This document shows positions 51,101-63,034 of a stretch of DNA of 64,000 bases, piece by piece. Each line of letters begins with the position of its first letter. Position 1 is the stretch's first letter. The stretch lies in the NCBI GenBank assembly GCA_951804945.1, contig OX638153.1, positions 30,380,001 to 30,444,000 of the forward strand, written 5' to 3'. The notes below the pieces were generated by a model. It was not told where the DNA came from, made no database searches, and saw only the letters and a list, made by a program, of their open reading frames with translations. The stretch comes from Podarcis cretensis. Taxonomy: Eukaryota. A program made the position numbers and the translations under genes.

Positions 51101-51856
51101 TCAAATAAATATTCATTCATTCTCCATCTATATGGGCCCAATGATTTACCTTTTATTTCCAGCATAATTGGGTTGTGGTCAGAGAGGGTTCTAGGTTGTA
51201 TTTCACATTTCGTTGTTCTTATCGATAGTTCTCTTGAAACCCATATCTGATCAATTCTGCCCCAACTCTGATGAAGTTCTGAGAAATGCGTGAATTGTTT
51301 CACTCTTGGGTTTTTGTATCTCCAAATGTCAATTAGATCTAAATTCATTTGGAGGTTATCAAAAGCCTTTGGGAGTTTCCCTTGGTTCCCTTTCCTCTTT
51401 TTCTCATTTCTATCTAACTCTGGTGAGGGGACACCATTCAAATCTCCCAGCAGAATTAATTTATGATTTTCTAGTTCTAATAGCACTTGTTCCAGTTTTT
51501 GAAAAAATTCCGCTTTGTTTGTATTGGGTGCATACACAGTCACTATGTTAAATTTTTCCCCTTGATAGTTAATTTGGACCCCCAGAATTCTTCCTTCGGT
51601 ATCCTTACATATTAATCTTGGGTCCCATTTCTCTTTCACGTAAATCACCAGCCCTCTCTTTTTATTTACGTCCGAATTAATAAATTCTACTCCTAACCTT
51701 TTGTTTATCAATATATGTTTGTGTTTTTTAGCTACATGAGTCTCTTGCCAGCAAATCACATCATAGTTTTTATTCCTCACAACTTTCTCTACTTTATTCC
51801 TTTTTGATTTTTTCATTCAAACCGTTTACATTCCAAGTCATAACATTCAATGGCAT
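48113..51856 (-). pseudogene. L1 ORF2p (APE endonuclease, reverse transcriptase, CCHC), broken by three frameshifts
   Basis: Starts MPLNVMTWNVNGLN at 51856. EN motifs QETH, GDLN, RIDQIW, SDHNP; RT motifs YRPISLLN, EKAFD, GTRQGCPLSPLLF, YADD; CWKC...HMWWAC. Frameshifts at ~51810, ~50510 and ~49280. Confidence 0.93.
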
Positions 51857-51897
51857 TGTTAGTACAAGTTCTATTTAATCCGTCGAAATTTTCAAGT

Positions 51898-52827
51898 TTA
51901 TGTTTTAGGGCTTCCGTTCCCAGGGTAATTTTCCTCTTCCTCTTCCTCACTTCCCACCACTCCCTCTTCCTTTTCTATTTCTATTTCTTCTTCTTCCGCT
52001 TCGTTTCCTTCCTGTTTCTCCTGTCTTTCCTTCCTCTCCCTCTTTCTTTTTTTCCCCTCTCTTGATCCCTCTCTATCTCTTATCCTGTCTTCTACCTTGC
52101 CAAACTCTTTCTCATACCTTCTCAGAAATTTTTCCACCTCCTGGGTATCTGTCAGTTTAAATCTTTTGTCTTTAAAAAAAAAGGTAATCCCCTCAGGGAA
52201 TTCCCATCTATATTGTATGTTATTTCTCCTCAGAACCCCGGCTATCTGTCTGTATCCTTCCCTTTTACGCAGAAGCCTAACTGGTATTTCTTTTAGTACA
52301 ATAATTGGTCTATCATCAATTATCAGTTTTTTATGATAACTAGTTTTTAGTATTAAATTCTTCATCTCGATTGAATTTAGAATTACCAGACAGTCCCCAA
52401 GGTGTTTTTTAGACCTGTGTTGCTGGGTTCTTGTTTTCACTCTAAAGGCATTCTCCATTGTGCCCGCCACTTCTTCCTCTTCCAATTCTAGCCATTTAGC
52501 TAATTCCTTAGTCATCTTTTCTTTTATATTCTCTTTGCTTTCCTCCCCTATTCCTCTGAATTTGAGGAGAAGATATTTCTGTCGCATTTCTGTCATCGCT
52601 AAACTGTCCCATATTTGTTCCTGTGTTTTGTTCATTTCTCTCATTTCTTCCTTTATCCTTTCTGTTTCTTTTTTCTGTTCTCTCATCTCTTTTTGAATTT
52701 TTTTGTTAGTTTCCTCACATATTTTTGATTTAACAGATAAATCTTGAATTTTTGCTGAGAGTTCTCCTACTGCTCCTTCTATCTTCCTGTCTATTAATTC
52801 CTGTATTTCTCCCATTTTTTTCCCCAT
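51898..52827 (-). CDS. L1 ORF1p (coiled coil plus RRM/CTD-like region), 309 aa
   Basis: Long E/K-rich heptad region, then LLKFRGIGEE and YRWEFPEGITF motifs typical of L1 ORF1; lies immediately upstream of ORF2. Confidence 0.85.
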   Translation of the reverse strand: MGKKMGEIQELIDRKIEGAVGELSAKIQDLSVKSKICEETNKKIQKEMREQKKETERIKEEMREMNKTQEQIWDSLAMTEMRQKYLLLKFRGIGEESKENIKEKMTKELAKWLELEEEEVAGTMENAFRVKTRTQQHRSKKHLGDCLVILNSIEMKNLILKTSYHKKLIIDDRPIIVLKEIPVRLLRKREGYRQIAGVLRRNNIQYRWEFPEGITFFFKDKRFKLTDTQEVEKFLRRYEKEFGKVEDRIRDREGSREGKKRKRERKERQEKQEGNEAEEEEIEIEKEEGVVGSEEEEEENYPGNGSPKT

Positions 52828-54299
52828 ATGAATTTCATTTTGTTTAAACTCTTCCTTAATTTTCAGCCATAGAATATCTAGATCCTTGATCTCTTCTTGT
52901 CGGATAGCTTTCTTTCACTTGGGGTCCCCCCCGCTTTTTTCCCATCTTTACCCCACATTGTGTCTCAGTTTTCACGTATTTTCTTTTATACAAATTCTCT
53001 CCCTTAGAGGGCTCACAATCTTTTCTCTTTCTTGTGTAAATTTAAACCTCTGTCCCTTCCAAAAGAATATGGGGAATTATTCTATTAATCCTTTTTTTAG
53101 CTCAAAAGATAAATAAATATTGCACGACACCAGAGAGAGATATGGGGATAAGTCAGAATTAGGTATTTCTCCAGGAACATTAAGGGGGCAGACACAACTA
53201 TAAATTGGGTTTAACCCACTGTTGAGTATATATTCAAATATTCAAATATGGAGAGATATGACCCCTTAAAAAAAATGGATTCAGATCTATGCTAAGTACT
53301 TAACTATATTGAATCAAATCAAGCACATGGAGGATGTCTCCAGCGAGAACAAAAATATTACCTAAATTATTTCACACAGAGTATATTAGACTGTCCAAAT
53401 TTGAACTTGGTCTCTTCAATATCTCCAAAATCTTCGAAACACTTCGGCCACTTCACGGCCTAATCCAACATTAGTAAAGGTAGGCGTAATTTGGGCACAG
53501 AGTTCAAAATTAATATAGAAATGTCCAGCACCGTCAATAAAGGTAAGTAACAGAGTTTGTTATATGTTAAAGTTCCACACTGTCAAACACAACTCCTCCT
53601 GTACCCTAAAATGGTGTCCAACGCACAAACCAGTTCAAATTCAAACTTTGTTTTCCCCCTTAAATTGTAGCAGAGCCTATCAATTCAATTGCTAGACCTC
53701 AGGGGAGGAGACTGACATCATACAGGTTAGTGGTATCAAAGGAGCGAAAGAGAGGGAGAGGGAGAGAGAGGGGGAGGGATGTTGTGTGAGATAGTGGGAG
53801 GGGTAAAACACTCCTTAAATTAACATTATAGTATCGCCTCCCCCCACTGTACTTAGCTCACAATGCTTTGTTTAAAGTATCCATGCTCAGCTCCAAAAGG
53901 CGTTCCAGAGAGTTTTCAACACAATATTCCCAGTGGCGTTTGTATTGGAAGTCCACCTTTGTCTCTTTATCTTTTCGTTTTTTCTTTTACTCTCTCGCCG
54001 CCGCTTTCTCCCACTTCTCTTTGCTGCACCACTCTCTCCTACTTCTCCTTTCAGCGCCGCTTTTAGTACAATCCCAGCTGCATAGCTCAGTTGTAATTGT
54101 AGCTCAGTTATAGTTTGCAACAGTATCTCCGTCTTTCCACGGAGGAAGCAGGATACACGGTAGAGAATAGTTCAACCAGACATCTTCCTCACTGATTTGT
54201 AGCTAATAATTCGTTACTTTATAATTAATAGTTAGTAACTTGTTGATAGGGCTGGAAAAAACCCCGTCGTTCTGTACTCACTCAGTCAGGATGTATAGA

Positions 54300-54775
54300 G
54301 AAGGACCGAAGCGGCTACTTCCTTTTTTACGTCTGAGATTCTGTAGCCCGCGCCATTTTCTGCTCTCAACCGGATGGATTCCTTGCCAAAATCTTTAAAC
54401 ATCCACGGCTCCCCTCGCTTAACCTCCAATTTTTATAGATACTTTAACTCACCACACGTAGGGGAGTCCGTTTTATCTTGTGGAGGCTCGTCGCTCTTTT
54501 TTCGGCAGAAGCTAGAGGCATCACAACACGGAGTCGGTGTATCCCCTTTTTGCGCTCGCGGCTCCGTCCCGAGTTTCCCCCCCAGAGAAGAGAGAGAACC
54601 CGGTAGGCAAACCGCTTCCACGCTGCCGGGAACCCTATCCCCCAGGGGTCTCCCCCCTGGGATTTTTGGGGGGCGCAGTGCCTATGCAGCTCCCCCAAGC
54701 CTCCGTGCTGCCCAGAAAACCCTTACAGGGGCTCTCTGCGCTTCTTCACCGACCGCGACCAAAACCGGAAGTCAC
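54300..54775 (-). promoter_or_regulatory. L1 internal promoter / CpG-rich 5' UTR
   Basis: High CpG density; ETS-like ACTTCCGG at the 5' terminus; YY1-like AAAATGGCG at ~54351-54359. Confidence 0.6.
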
Positions 54776-55659
54776 CTGCCTCCATGATTGGTGATGACTT
54801 TCATAAATATATTGTGTGTCCTTGCACTGTCAGTCTAGCAGCAAGCAGACTGCAGAGGCGGATTTAAGGCAACACAATTGGTTCTGCCGCATTGGGTGCC
54901 AAGCCTAGGAGGGTGTTGCAGGGTGTCACAACTGTGATGTTGTTAACTGAGCAGAATGGAAGGCAAGAGGCTGGGTGGGTGGGTAGGTGGGTGCAACAGG
55001 GCCCCGCTGAAATTTGAAACACCAAAGTCCACCCCTGCAGACTGCCATGAGATTCAAATGGTGAAATGGAAAAAGTTGGAAAGCACATCCTTTTGCCAGT
55101 CTTTTGTTTCAGGGCTGACACATTTGCCATCCCATTTAACTTAAAAGGCAAGTCTGTTAGCTCTTCCCTCATATGAGTGAGTCTAGTATGTGACCTCTTG
55201 CCTTTAATAAGAGTCTAGAATATATGAAAAGCACTTACAGCTTTGACAGTTGTATTAAGTATCCCATTTCCCCTCCTTGAAAGGAAACCACAAAAAGTTA
55301 TTTAAATCCGCTTTCTACTAGAAATATCCGTGAACATTTTGAGGAAAGCTCAGGAACCTGATGAAACAAGTCTGTCAACCTAAGCCCCAGGTATTTTTAC
55401 ACAGTTAATCAAATATTTCAGTATATATTCTCTTCAGCTATACAAATTGCCTGTTTTCAAAGGGTGTTTCCAAAGGCATAGATACTGACTATGTAAAGGA
55501 AACATGTTTTGAAAGGACTGACAGCTCCCCTGTGATCAGAGAAAGAAAGAAAATATGAAAATTATCACACAGTAAAACAGAAAGAACCACAAGTGACTAC
55601 AAAAACCAGCCTTAAAGACTAGCAAATATATTGGAGAACGAAGTTTTGCCACAATATTA

Positions 55660-55948
55660 CAGTGGTGCCTCGCAAGACGAAATTAATTCGTTCCGTGAGG
55701 CTCTTCGTATAGCGGTTTTTTCGTCTTGCGAAGCAAGCCCATTGACAGCTTAGCGGATTAGCGCTATTAGCGGTTTAGCGGCTTTTAGCGGATCAGCTTA
55801 GGGCTTAGGAAAGGGGGGGGGGAAGGGAAACCACCCCGCAAGAACTCGCAAGACATTTTCGTCTTGCGAAGCAAGCCCATAGGGAAATTCATTTTGCGTC
55901 TAGCGGGTTTTCCGTCTTGCGAGGCGTTCGTCTTGCGGGGCACCACTG
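55660..55948. mobile_element. Tc1/mariner-pogo (Tigger-like) MITE
   Basis: TIR CAGTGGTGCCTCGCAAGACGAA / TTCGTCTTGCGGGGCACCACTG flanked by TA; internal cgtcttgcga and ttagcgg repeats. Confidence 0.92.
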
Positions 55949-56901
55949 TATTTTGTCTTTGAGGTTTCTGCTGCTGCAGACAAAACCAGCCTACTCTCTA
56001 GAATTTGTCATAGTAAAATTAAAAGCTGTTCTGTGGATTTGATAGTGCAAGGGGTGTGTTTCCTCTAGACCCAGCCAACACATTTATCTTTCAGGAGTAT
56101 TTGAACCCTGGCTTTAGGAAAACAATCCCCCTCTTTAGCTATCACATAATCAGTCCTCCTCCCTACACCCTCCAAGGAAAAATATACTTCCTGCTTTCTT
56201 CCTTGCCAACACTGCAGGCCAAAGAAGACAAGATTTGCCTATCCAGAGATTCCTGAGGCTCAAACTCTATTGCAAAGCACATCTGAGGTAGTCAAGTCCC
56301 AAGGCCTAAACATTGTCATATATTTGGTCATTTTTAATGTTTTAGTCAGTTAGTCAGCTTCAATATTGACACTTTTTCAGTGGTCATCCCATTTACAAGA
56401 TAGCTGGGGGCGAGAACAATTCACTCATAGATTTGTCAAGCTTCATATTAAAGGTGCCATTCCCTAGCACTTCTATATGAAATACACATGAAGACTCATT
56501 GTTTCTCTTCTGAATGGTTCAGAATATAGCAAAGCCAAGCAGGGTCCGGTTTGGTTTCAAATTGGAAGTGTTGGGATTCCAGCATTGCAAGGGGTAGGGC
56601 TAGATGGATGACCCTTTGCATTCCTTCCTACAATTCTATGTATGATACAGCGGAATTTCTTCCCACATCATGATTAAAATTTGGTAGGGCCATGGCAACC
56701 CAGTTAAAGTTGCTTTGGGATTTTTTATTTGACCTGTGTTGAGTCCAGATTTTTTTGGCTTGGGCATGATGCTCTTATTGCCCCCTGCATTAGAACTGCT
56801 CTTATTGTTGTTATTTAATTGAGATACTACTTAATGCCAAAATAGGCTTCTACATTATATTTTCATCTTTGTGTGCTTTAATCTGCATATGAATGCATAT
56901 A

Positions 56902-57283
56902 GGTAAAAGGTAAAGGAACCCTGGACAGTTAAGTCCAGTGAAACGCAAATATGGGGTGCGGTGCTCATCTTGCTTCAGGCCGAGGGAGCTGGTGTTTGTC
57001 TGCAGACAGCTTTCCGGGTCATGTGGCCAGCAGGATGAAACTGCTACTGGTGCAACGGAATACTGTGATGGGTGGCAGAGAGCATGAAAATACCATTTAC
57101 CTTCCCGCCACAGTGATACCTATTTATCTACTCCAGTTGGTATGCTTCTGAACTGCTAGGTTGGCAGAAGCCGGAACAGAGCAACAGAAGCTCACCCCGT
57201 CACACGGATTCAAACTGCTGACCTTCCAATCAGCAAGCCCAAGAGGCTCAGCGGTTTAGACCATAGCGCCACCCACTCCCTTT
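56902..57283 (-). mobile_element. Sauria SINE
   Basis: (ACCTTT)n tail on the minus strand, typical body, 14-bp TSD TATGAATGCATATA (56888-56901, 57284-57297). Confidence 0.93.
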
Positions 57284-58589
57284 TATGAATGCATATATTA
57301 GTGAAAGTAACATGCCAAATGCATTATGTTCGGGAAGATTGCTTTGCTAAAATGTGCACATTAGGGGAAATGGCATGCAAGAATGTGTATATTAGGATAA
57401 ATTTGCACAAAAACAAATCTCAAACTGATATGGAAATGTGGAGAACTGAATTTAAGATGGGAACATATGAGAAACTGTGGAGAACCAAAGTTGACATATT
57501 TGCCTATTCTTAGTGGAGAATGTAAGTGCAAACAGTAGGTGATCTCCAAATTTGTCGTATTCTGAGTATGACTGTTGGATATCAACCAGTGTCATTTGGA
57601 AACACGGTGGAGACAACATTATGTGTTCGAATCTAGTGTTTCCCTTGCTGAAAAGATTAAACATTATTTTATTAAACATAAAATAAATCATTTATAATTA
57701 CCACTTGTTTCTGCATGAGAGCCTAAACCACTGTTCTGTGAGAAGCCAGGTTAAAGGGCAACTTGGAAGTTATTTTGGCTTGACCATTTACAATTTGACT
57801 ATGAGGGTAGCAGAACAGGGTTTTTATTGTCTCCATGTAAAGCCAAAGTTATGGTTATGCACAGGTCACCCACCTCAGTCCATAGTTCTAACAGTACATT
57901 CCCCATTTTCAACCCTCACAGTTGGCCTTTCTCATGCACTTAGATACTTAGCATCTGTCTCTGATTAGTGAAGCTGGTGGCTAAAATCAATAGACCGTCT
58001 TAACTGTAAAATATAGCTCCATCCTCCTGACTTCAGCTGTCTGTTAGAAAATTCACTTCAGGACCTCCTCCTCCTCTTCCTTCTAATGTGCAAATTGGTT
58101 TACAATCTTCCAGTCTTCCTGATGTTGTTTTATTTACCTGTATTAAAAGCTACTTTTTCTTGTTAGGGATGCTCAAGGATTTTGTTTGGTCACATTTTTG
58201 AAGGAACCAGTCTGATTAACACTTCCTGAACAAAGTGTTCAGCAATGTGTATGGAAGCCTGCTCCTTCATGTGAGCTTCCTTTTCTGAATTGAGGTAACT
58301 GTTAGTGTCTGCTATTAACCCTGATGTCTTGTACAAAGCTAGCTATAAATCATGTTAGCATGTTCACAGAACAATGCCTTCAGTTTGAGGACAAAGTTTT
58401 CCCACCCTACTGCAATTTAGATGCAATTTAAACACTGCTCTGTAACCTTTTTTATTTTAAGTGCCAACAGTCTGGTTCCATCCTGGTTCAAGCAGAGCCT
58501 GTCCCATTTGTACAGGCCTGGCCTGCTCCAAAACATTCCTCAGGGCCTAACAAATCCAAACCGCTTCTCCTAACACCACCATTTTTATA

Positions 58590-59135
58590 GGTTTTGTTGA
58601 AATATAGCAGGCAATGCAAAGAAAACAACAGAGGGGGGAAAGACATAGGGGCAGTGCAAGAGGCTGGATATTATCTTAATAAGAAACAGTTGGTACACAG
58701 GAGATTGTCAAAATAACCAAATTCCGTGCGTAGGATAGAGACTTTTGTATATGCAAGTTCAAGGAGTATGAAATAAAGTCCCACAGATGGTGTGAAATTG
58801 TTCTGGGTTCTCAATACTCCTAGCAACACATAGGTTATGTATTATTTTTTCAGTGATGGCCAAGGTCCACATATTTTTATACCACAGGGAAAACTGGAGA
58901 CCTTGTAGCATTTTCCATTTCTGTGCTACAGAGATCCTGGCAGCAGCCAGGTTAAAAGTTCAATAGATCAAAAAGTTTTCATCGGGTCATCATCCCAATA
59001 ATTCAACTAAAAGAGTAATGGAGAAGACTGGATATGATGTTTCATTATATTAGATATTTTCTGATAAACCACAGTCCAAAGTGATGAAGCTGAAGGGCAT
59101 TCCCACCAAATGTGAAATTCCCCCTTCTTCCATGT
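58590..59135 (-). mobile_element. Old, degenerate L1-clade ORF2 C-terminal fragment
   Basis: ORF 59007-59252 contains GEFHIWWECPSASSLWTVVYQKI, resembling the FHMWWAC..VK.FW..IY motif of the other L1 copies. Confidence 0.55.
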
Positions 59136-60384
59136 CCTCACCCACAGTCTTGGGTAAGGTGTGAGGTTCCCAACACCACCATTGAGACTACACAGCTGTG
59201 CCTGTCTAGCTGGCTGGTTGTGGTGGGGAAATGAAGTGTTTAGGAACTGCATAAAGTGGCAGATGGAAAGGTAAGTTGGTGAATGTGATAGCTGATGGAT
59301 AAATTAATGTAATATGTGTGCAGTAAGGTGAAAACTGGGTAGGTTTTATTTTTTAATTGCATGTGCACTCAGTTCTTCCCACAAGGAGGTAAAGATTCCA
59401 TATTGGGGTTGTCCCATTATATAATAGAAACTAAGTCTCTCTGAATCAGCTAGCTAACTGTCCAATTAACTGTTTTAACTACTGCATTACCCTGACTATC
59501 CACTTAAGTAGCTTTTGTAAATTAAATAGTATATACTGAGACAGTTCCCAACTTGGGAGTTCCAAAGTGGTGTACACAGATAGCCAGAGAGAGAGAGACA
59601 AAGAGGATGGGTTTTTGACTGCGAGATCCATGTATCCCTACAAGGTGAGACAAAGTTAAGTTGCATTTTGCACGCTGTGTGTGAAATGCAGCTTGCCGGC
59701 AAATACGGTACGTAGACTGTGCTGCTGACAGAGGTTGGCCTCTTCCATGCCACTGAAGAACAAATGAGGTTTCTGAGTGGCAGTCCAAAATTCCCATATG
59801 ATGTCACTTAGTGGCTACTGTAATGGATTATGACATCATCATGTATGGTATTACTTTATTTTAAAAACAAAGAAAGAAAGTCTTGCCATTGGGGATGCAA
59901 AATGTTTTCAAAAGGGCTGTCATCTGCTTGGAATCAGAAAAGTTCCACCCTGGGTTGTGCCTGGATTTGATGCTGAAAATGGAAGTGTTAAAGAAAACCT
60001 TACATTTTAGATGCAAAGGAGAGACTGGACTGGAGAGTATACCATAAACATGCCTCTAGGCACAGCCTTAGAGCAAAACTACACCAAATAAGAAGCATGT
60101 GGTTGCTGCCAAAAATGGCAGACTAATCATGTCCCCTATGTGTCATGTGTTGTACTGTATATCTCCATATCCTGACAGCCTTGGTCAGTATTGTCTAAGC
60201 ACTCTAAACCAATGATTTTTAAACCATTTTCCAAAGAAGCTTGGCGCTCCATGAAAGCTTGTTAGTCAGAGTTCCATGATGAGAAGAATGGCAAAAAGCT
60301 GCTCCAAAGTGTCATGGCTAATTGTCTCCTGCAAGGTGCATATGCAGAAGGCAGTGCTAGCTGCATTCTAAAATGTATTCTCAG

Positions 60385-62404
60385 CCCACTTTGGTTGATG
60401 ACTAGGATCAGGAGTGTTCTCCAAAATCTTCTGCCACACACAAAAGATGAATTGATGCAGGTGAGAGTTCCTTTAGGGTTGATAATCTTGAACTCCACTG
60501 CTCTAAATCAGACATCTCAGTTACTGTCCTGTATTAGTTGATGTATATGGTTTTTGTAGCATCAAGGTAACAGGAGCTCTTGTAGTGCAAAACCTAAAAC
60601 ACACCACCTTCACAGTTTAACATTTCCATGCTACTTTTGAGTGTTTAAAGCACCTTGTACAAATTATTCAGTAATCCTTACAGCTTTGTAATAAGGGTCA
60701 GTGTTGTTATTCACATATTGCAGAATCCTGATAAGTTTATGGCTAAGGTGAGATATGGACCACCCACTTGCCAGTTCATAATCCTACTGAAAAATGATGG
60801 ATCTGTTGAGGAAGATGTTATTAAAGATGCTATTTATAGAGGTCAATAGCATTAACACATTCCACCATGATAACTATTTTTTCTTTCTCTTTTCTTTCAG
60901 GCCCCCCTGTAAGTACCAAAACTTACATCTGTGTGTGTTGTGAAGAATGCATCTGGTGGTAAGGTGACTGGGCACTGGGGGAGAGGGAGGAACATTCCTG
61001 AAACATCAGGAATTCTTAATGGACAGAAAGGGCTTAACTGATAAACTGCTGCTGCTCTGATTCACAAAAGATTCAACTGCCTGTGCCACCTGCTCTTCCA
61101 TATTTTTGGTACCTGTATATTTTGTTGTGGGAGGACCAGAAACATTCCGAGGCTCTCACAAGCTTACTTAGAGAGCATTTATTTTATGAAATTAAAAAAT
61201 CTCTGGGAGATCCAGGGCAAAAAGTTAAGACGGGTGAGTGAAAATAAGAAAACTCTTATGTCCTCTCCGCTGATCTCCTTGCATCTCTCTCAGTTTGTGT
61301 CCTTAAGAAAATGCAGCAACTAACTAATTTCTGAAAACACTATAGTTTTACAGACCCCAAGTGCTGCAAAACTGCTTGGTCCCAATAGTGCCAGCATGAA
61401 GTAGTCTGCCATAAAATGCAGTCAATGAAAAATGCATTAGCCCAACGTGTGTACATCTGTCCATGTATCTGTTTCATTTACACTGCTGCCAAATGTCCAG
61501 CTGGCACGGAGCATGGCTAGGGTGCATGTTGCTGGATGTGATCCTGCTCTTCCTTACGTGTCTGTGAACATGTAAGCAGGGAGGATCATGGGAACTCCTT
61601 TCTGAGTCAGGCCATTGGTTACCATCTGCTCTAACCAACAGGTTGTCCCCAGCCCTACTACCCATGCTTTTTTTTAACCGAAGATGCTACAGATTGGAAT
61701 AAAGATATTCTGTATGCAACATGTGCACTCTATCCACTGAGCTATGGCCCCTTGTGAAACCAACCAAAAGGAAGTTTGGAAAAAAGGAAAATATGCATTA
61801 CATTTACCTGGGGTCTGTGTACAGACTTTAGAATATTTGTCATTTAGACTGCTGTGTGATTCCTATTAGCTGTATGTGGTAGGGGCTTAAAACAATGAGC
61901 CCAACCTCACTGTTCATTGCTAAGCAAACAGTGTGATGTTTATGTTGTGAATTATGGCATTTGATTTGCTACAGTTGGCCATGACTGCATTATTTTCTGG
62001 CCATTGATTTTCCTGCCTTTAAACCAATTTGGTGGGCGCATGGTGCTTATTTTCTTGCCTTGTGAACAGATTGGTGATTGTGTGTGGTATCTGTCTTACA
62101 TAAATAACTTAAAATAATAATTTAAATAACTTATAATATACTACTTGCATTCGATGTTTTTCTGCTCCGTGTTGATTTACAATGCCTCCTCATACCTCCA
62201 CACAGAATTTGTGACTGTGGGCCTCCCGTGTCTAGACTTTTGAGATATTTCGGGATCTCAGACTTGCTGGAAGTCTCTCATCTCATTTACTTTAATGCTC
62301 AGACACGTAGTCAGAAGAAACACAACATACCCGACAAAATATGGCCTGTTTCTTCACATCTTCAAGAGCTGTTTGGAACCCGCATTCCAAAGCCGAGAGG
62401 CTGA
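60385..62404 (+). other. Candidate small spliced gene (exons 60385-60460, 60724-60747, 60901-60908, 62206-62404)
   Basis: All junctions are AG/GT. Spliced in this order from ATG 60398 they give a 97-aa open frame. I do not recognise the protein. Confidence 0.3.
61585..61750 (-). mobile_element. Old tRNA-derived SINE, degenerate
   Basis: ctctatccactgagctatggcccc antisense head; tctgagtcaggccattggt body. Confidence 0.6.
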
Positions 62405-62701
62405 GGACTTTCTTAACAATGCTGATTTGTTGAACAAAACCCAGAAGGGTTTCCTCATTCATGTAGCCTTGTATAACAGCATTGTGTAGGCTCAAACCAT
62501 AGCTGACACCCATTTGTTGCACAGGCTATTTGACAGTCTCCGCCATGGGCATATGGTTGTGTCGTCCAGCCAAGAGTCAAGCTATCAGACCTGGCTTGCT
62601 AGAGAGATGCTTTGGGGCTGTAATTCTGTAACCATGTATTTATTATTTATTTGTGTTTCACAATTGTATCATGCCTTTCCTCTAAGTTGTTCAAGATACA
62701 G

Positions 62702-63034
62702 CAGAGGTGGGTTTAGGGCAGCGTGACTGGTACCCCGGCAAAGGGGCCTAGGGGGCACCTTCCTACTTTCTTCTCAAAGTCTAGTAAGTGATGGGCTTTG
62801 GGAAGCAGGTGTGAGGGCTCTAGCAGGATCCTAGAGTCCTCCTGTCTCCTTCCCAAAGCCTAGTTAGTGTTTGCCCAGCTTTGGGAAGGGGTCAGGAGGA
62901 CCCTGCCAGAGCCTCACACCTCCTTCCCAAAGCCCTGCACCTCACTTACCCAGCTTTGTGAAGGCAGTTTTAGGATGGAGGGGTGTCAAATTTTGGCCTC
63001 GCACAGGGCTTCATATTACCAAGGTCCGCCCCTG
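62702..63034. mobile_element. Non-autonomous DNA transposon / MITE
   Basis: Ends cagaggtggg / ccgcccctg with GATACAG on both flanks; internal ctttgggaag / cttcccaaag inverted repeats. Confidence 0.65.

Larger units (their letters stand above)
47877..54775 (-). mobile_element. Full-length L1-clade LINE (~6.9 kb)
   Basis: 17-bp TSD CTGCCTCCATGATTGGT (47861-47877, 54776-54792; the last T is shared with the tail). Poly(A) tail, CpG-rich 5' end starting GTGACTTCCGG, ORF1 followed by an EN-RT ORF2. Confidence 0.97.

Noticed and set aside
59545-59644. Upstream coding exon for the 60.4-62.4 kb candidate
   Set aside because: The donor is good, but the frame needed to join 60385 contains a TGA; at most a UTR exon.
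62292-62522. 76-aa minus-strand ORF
   Set aside because: No splice or start support; it overlaps the better-supported plus-strand exon candidate.
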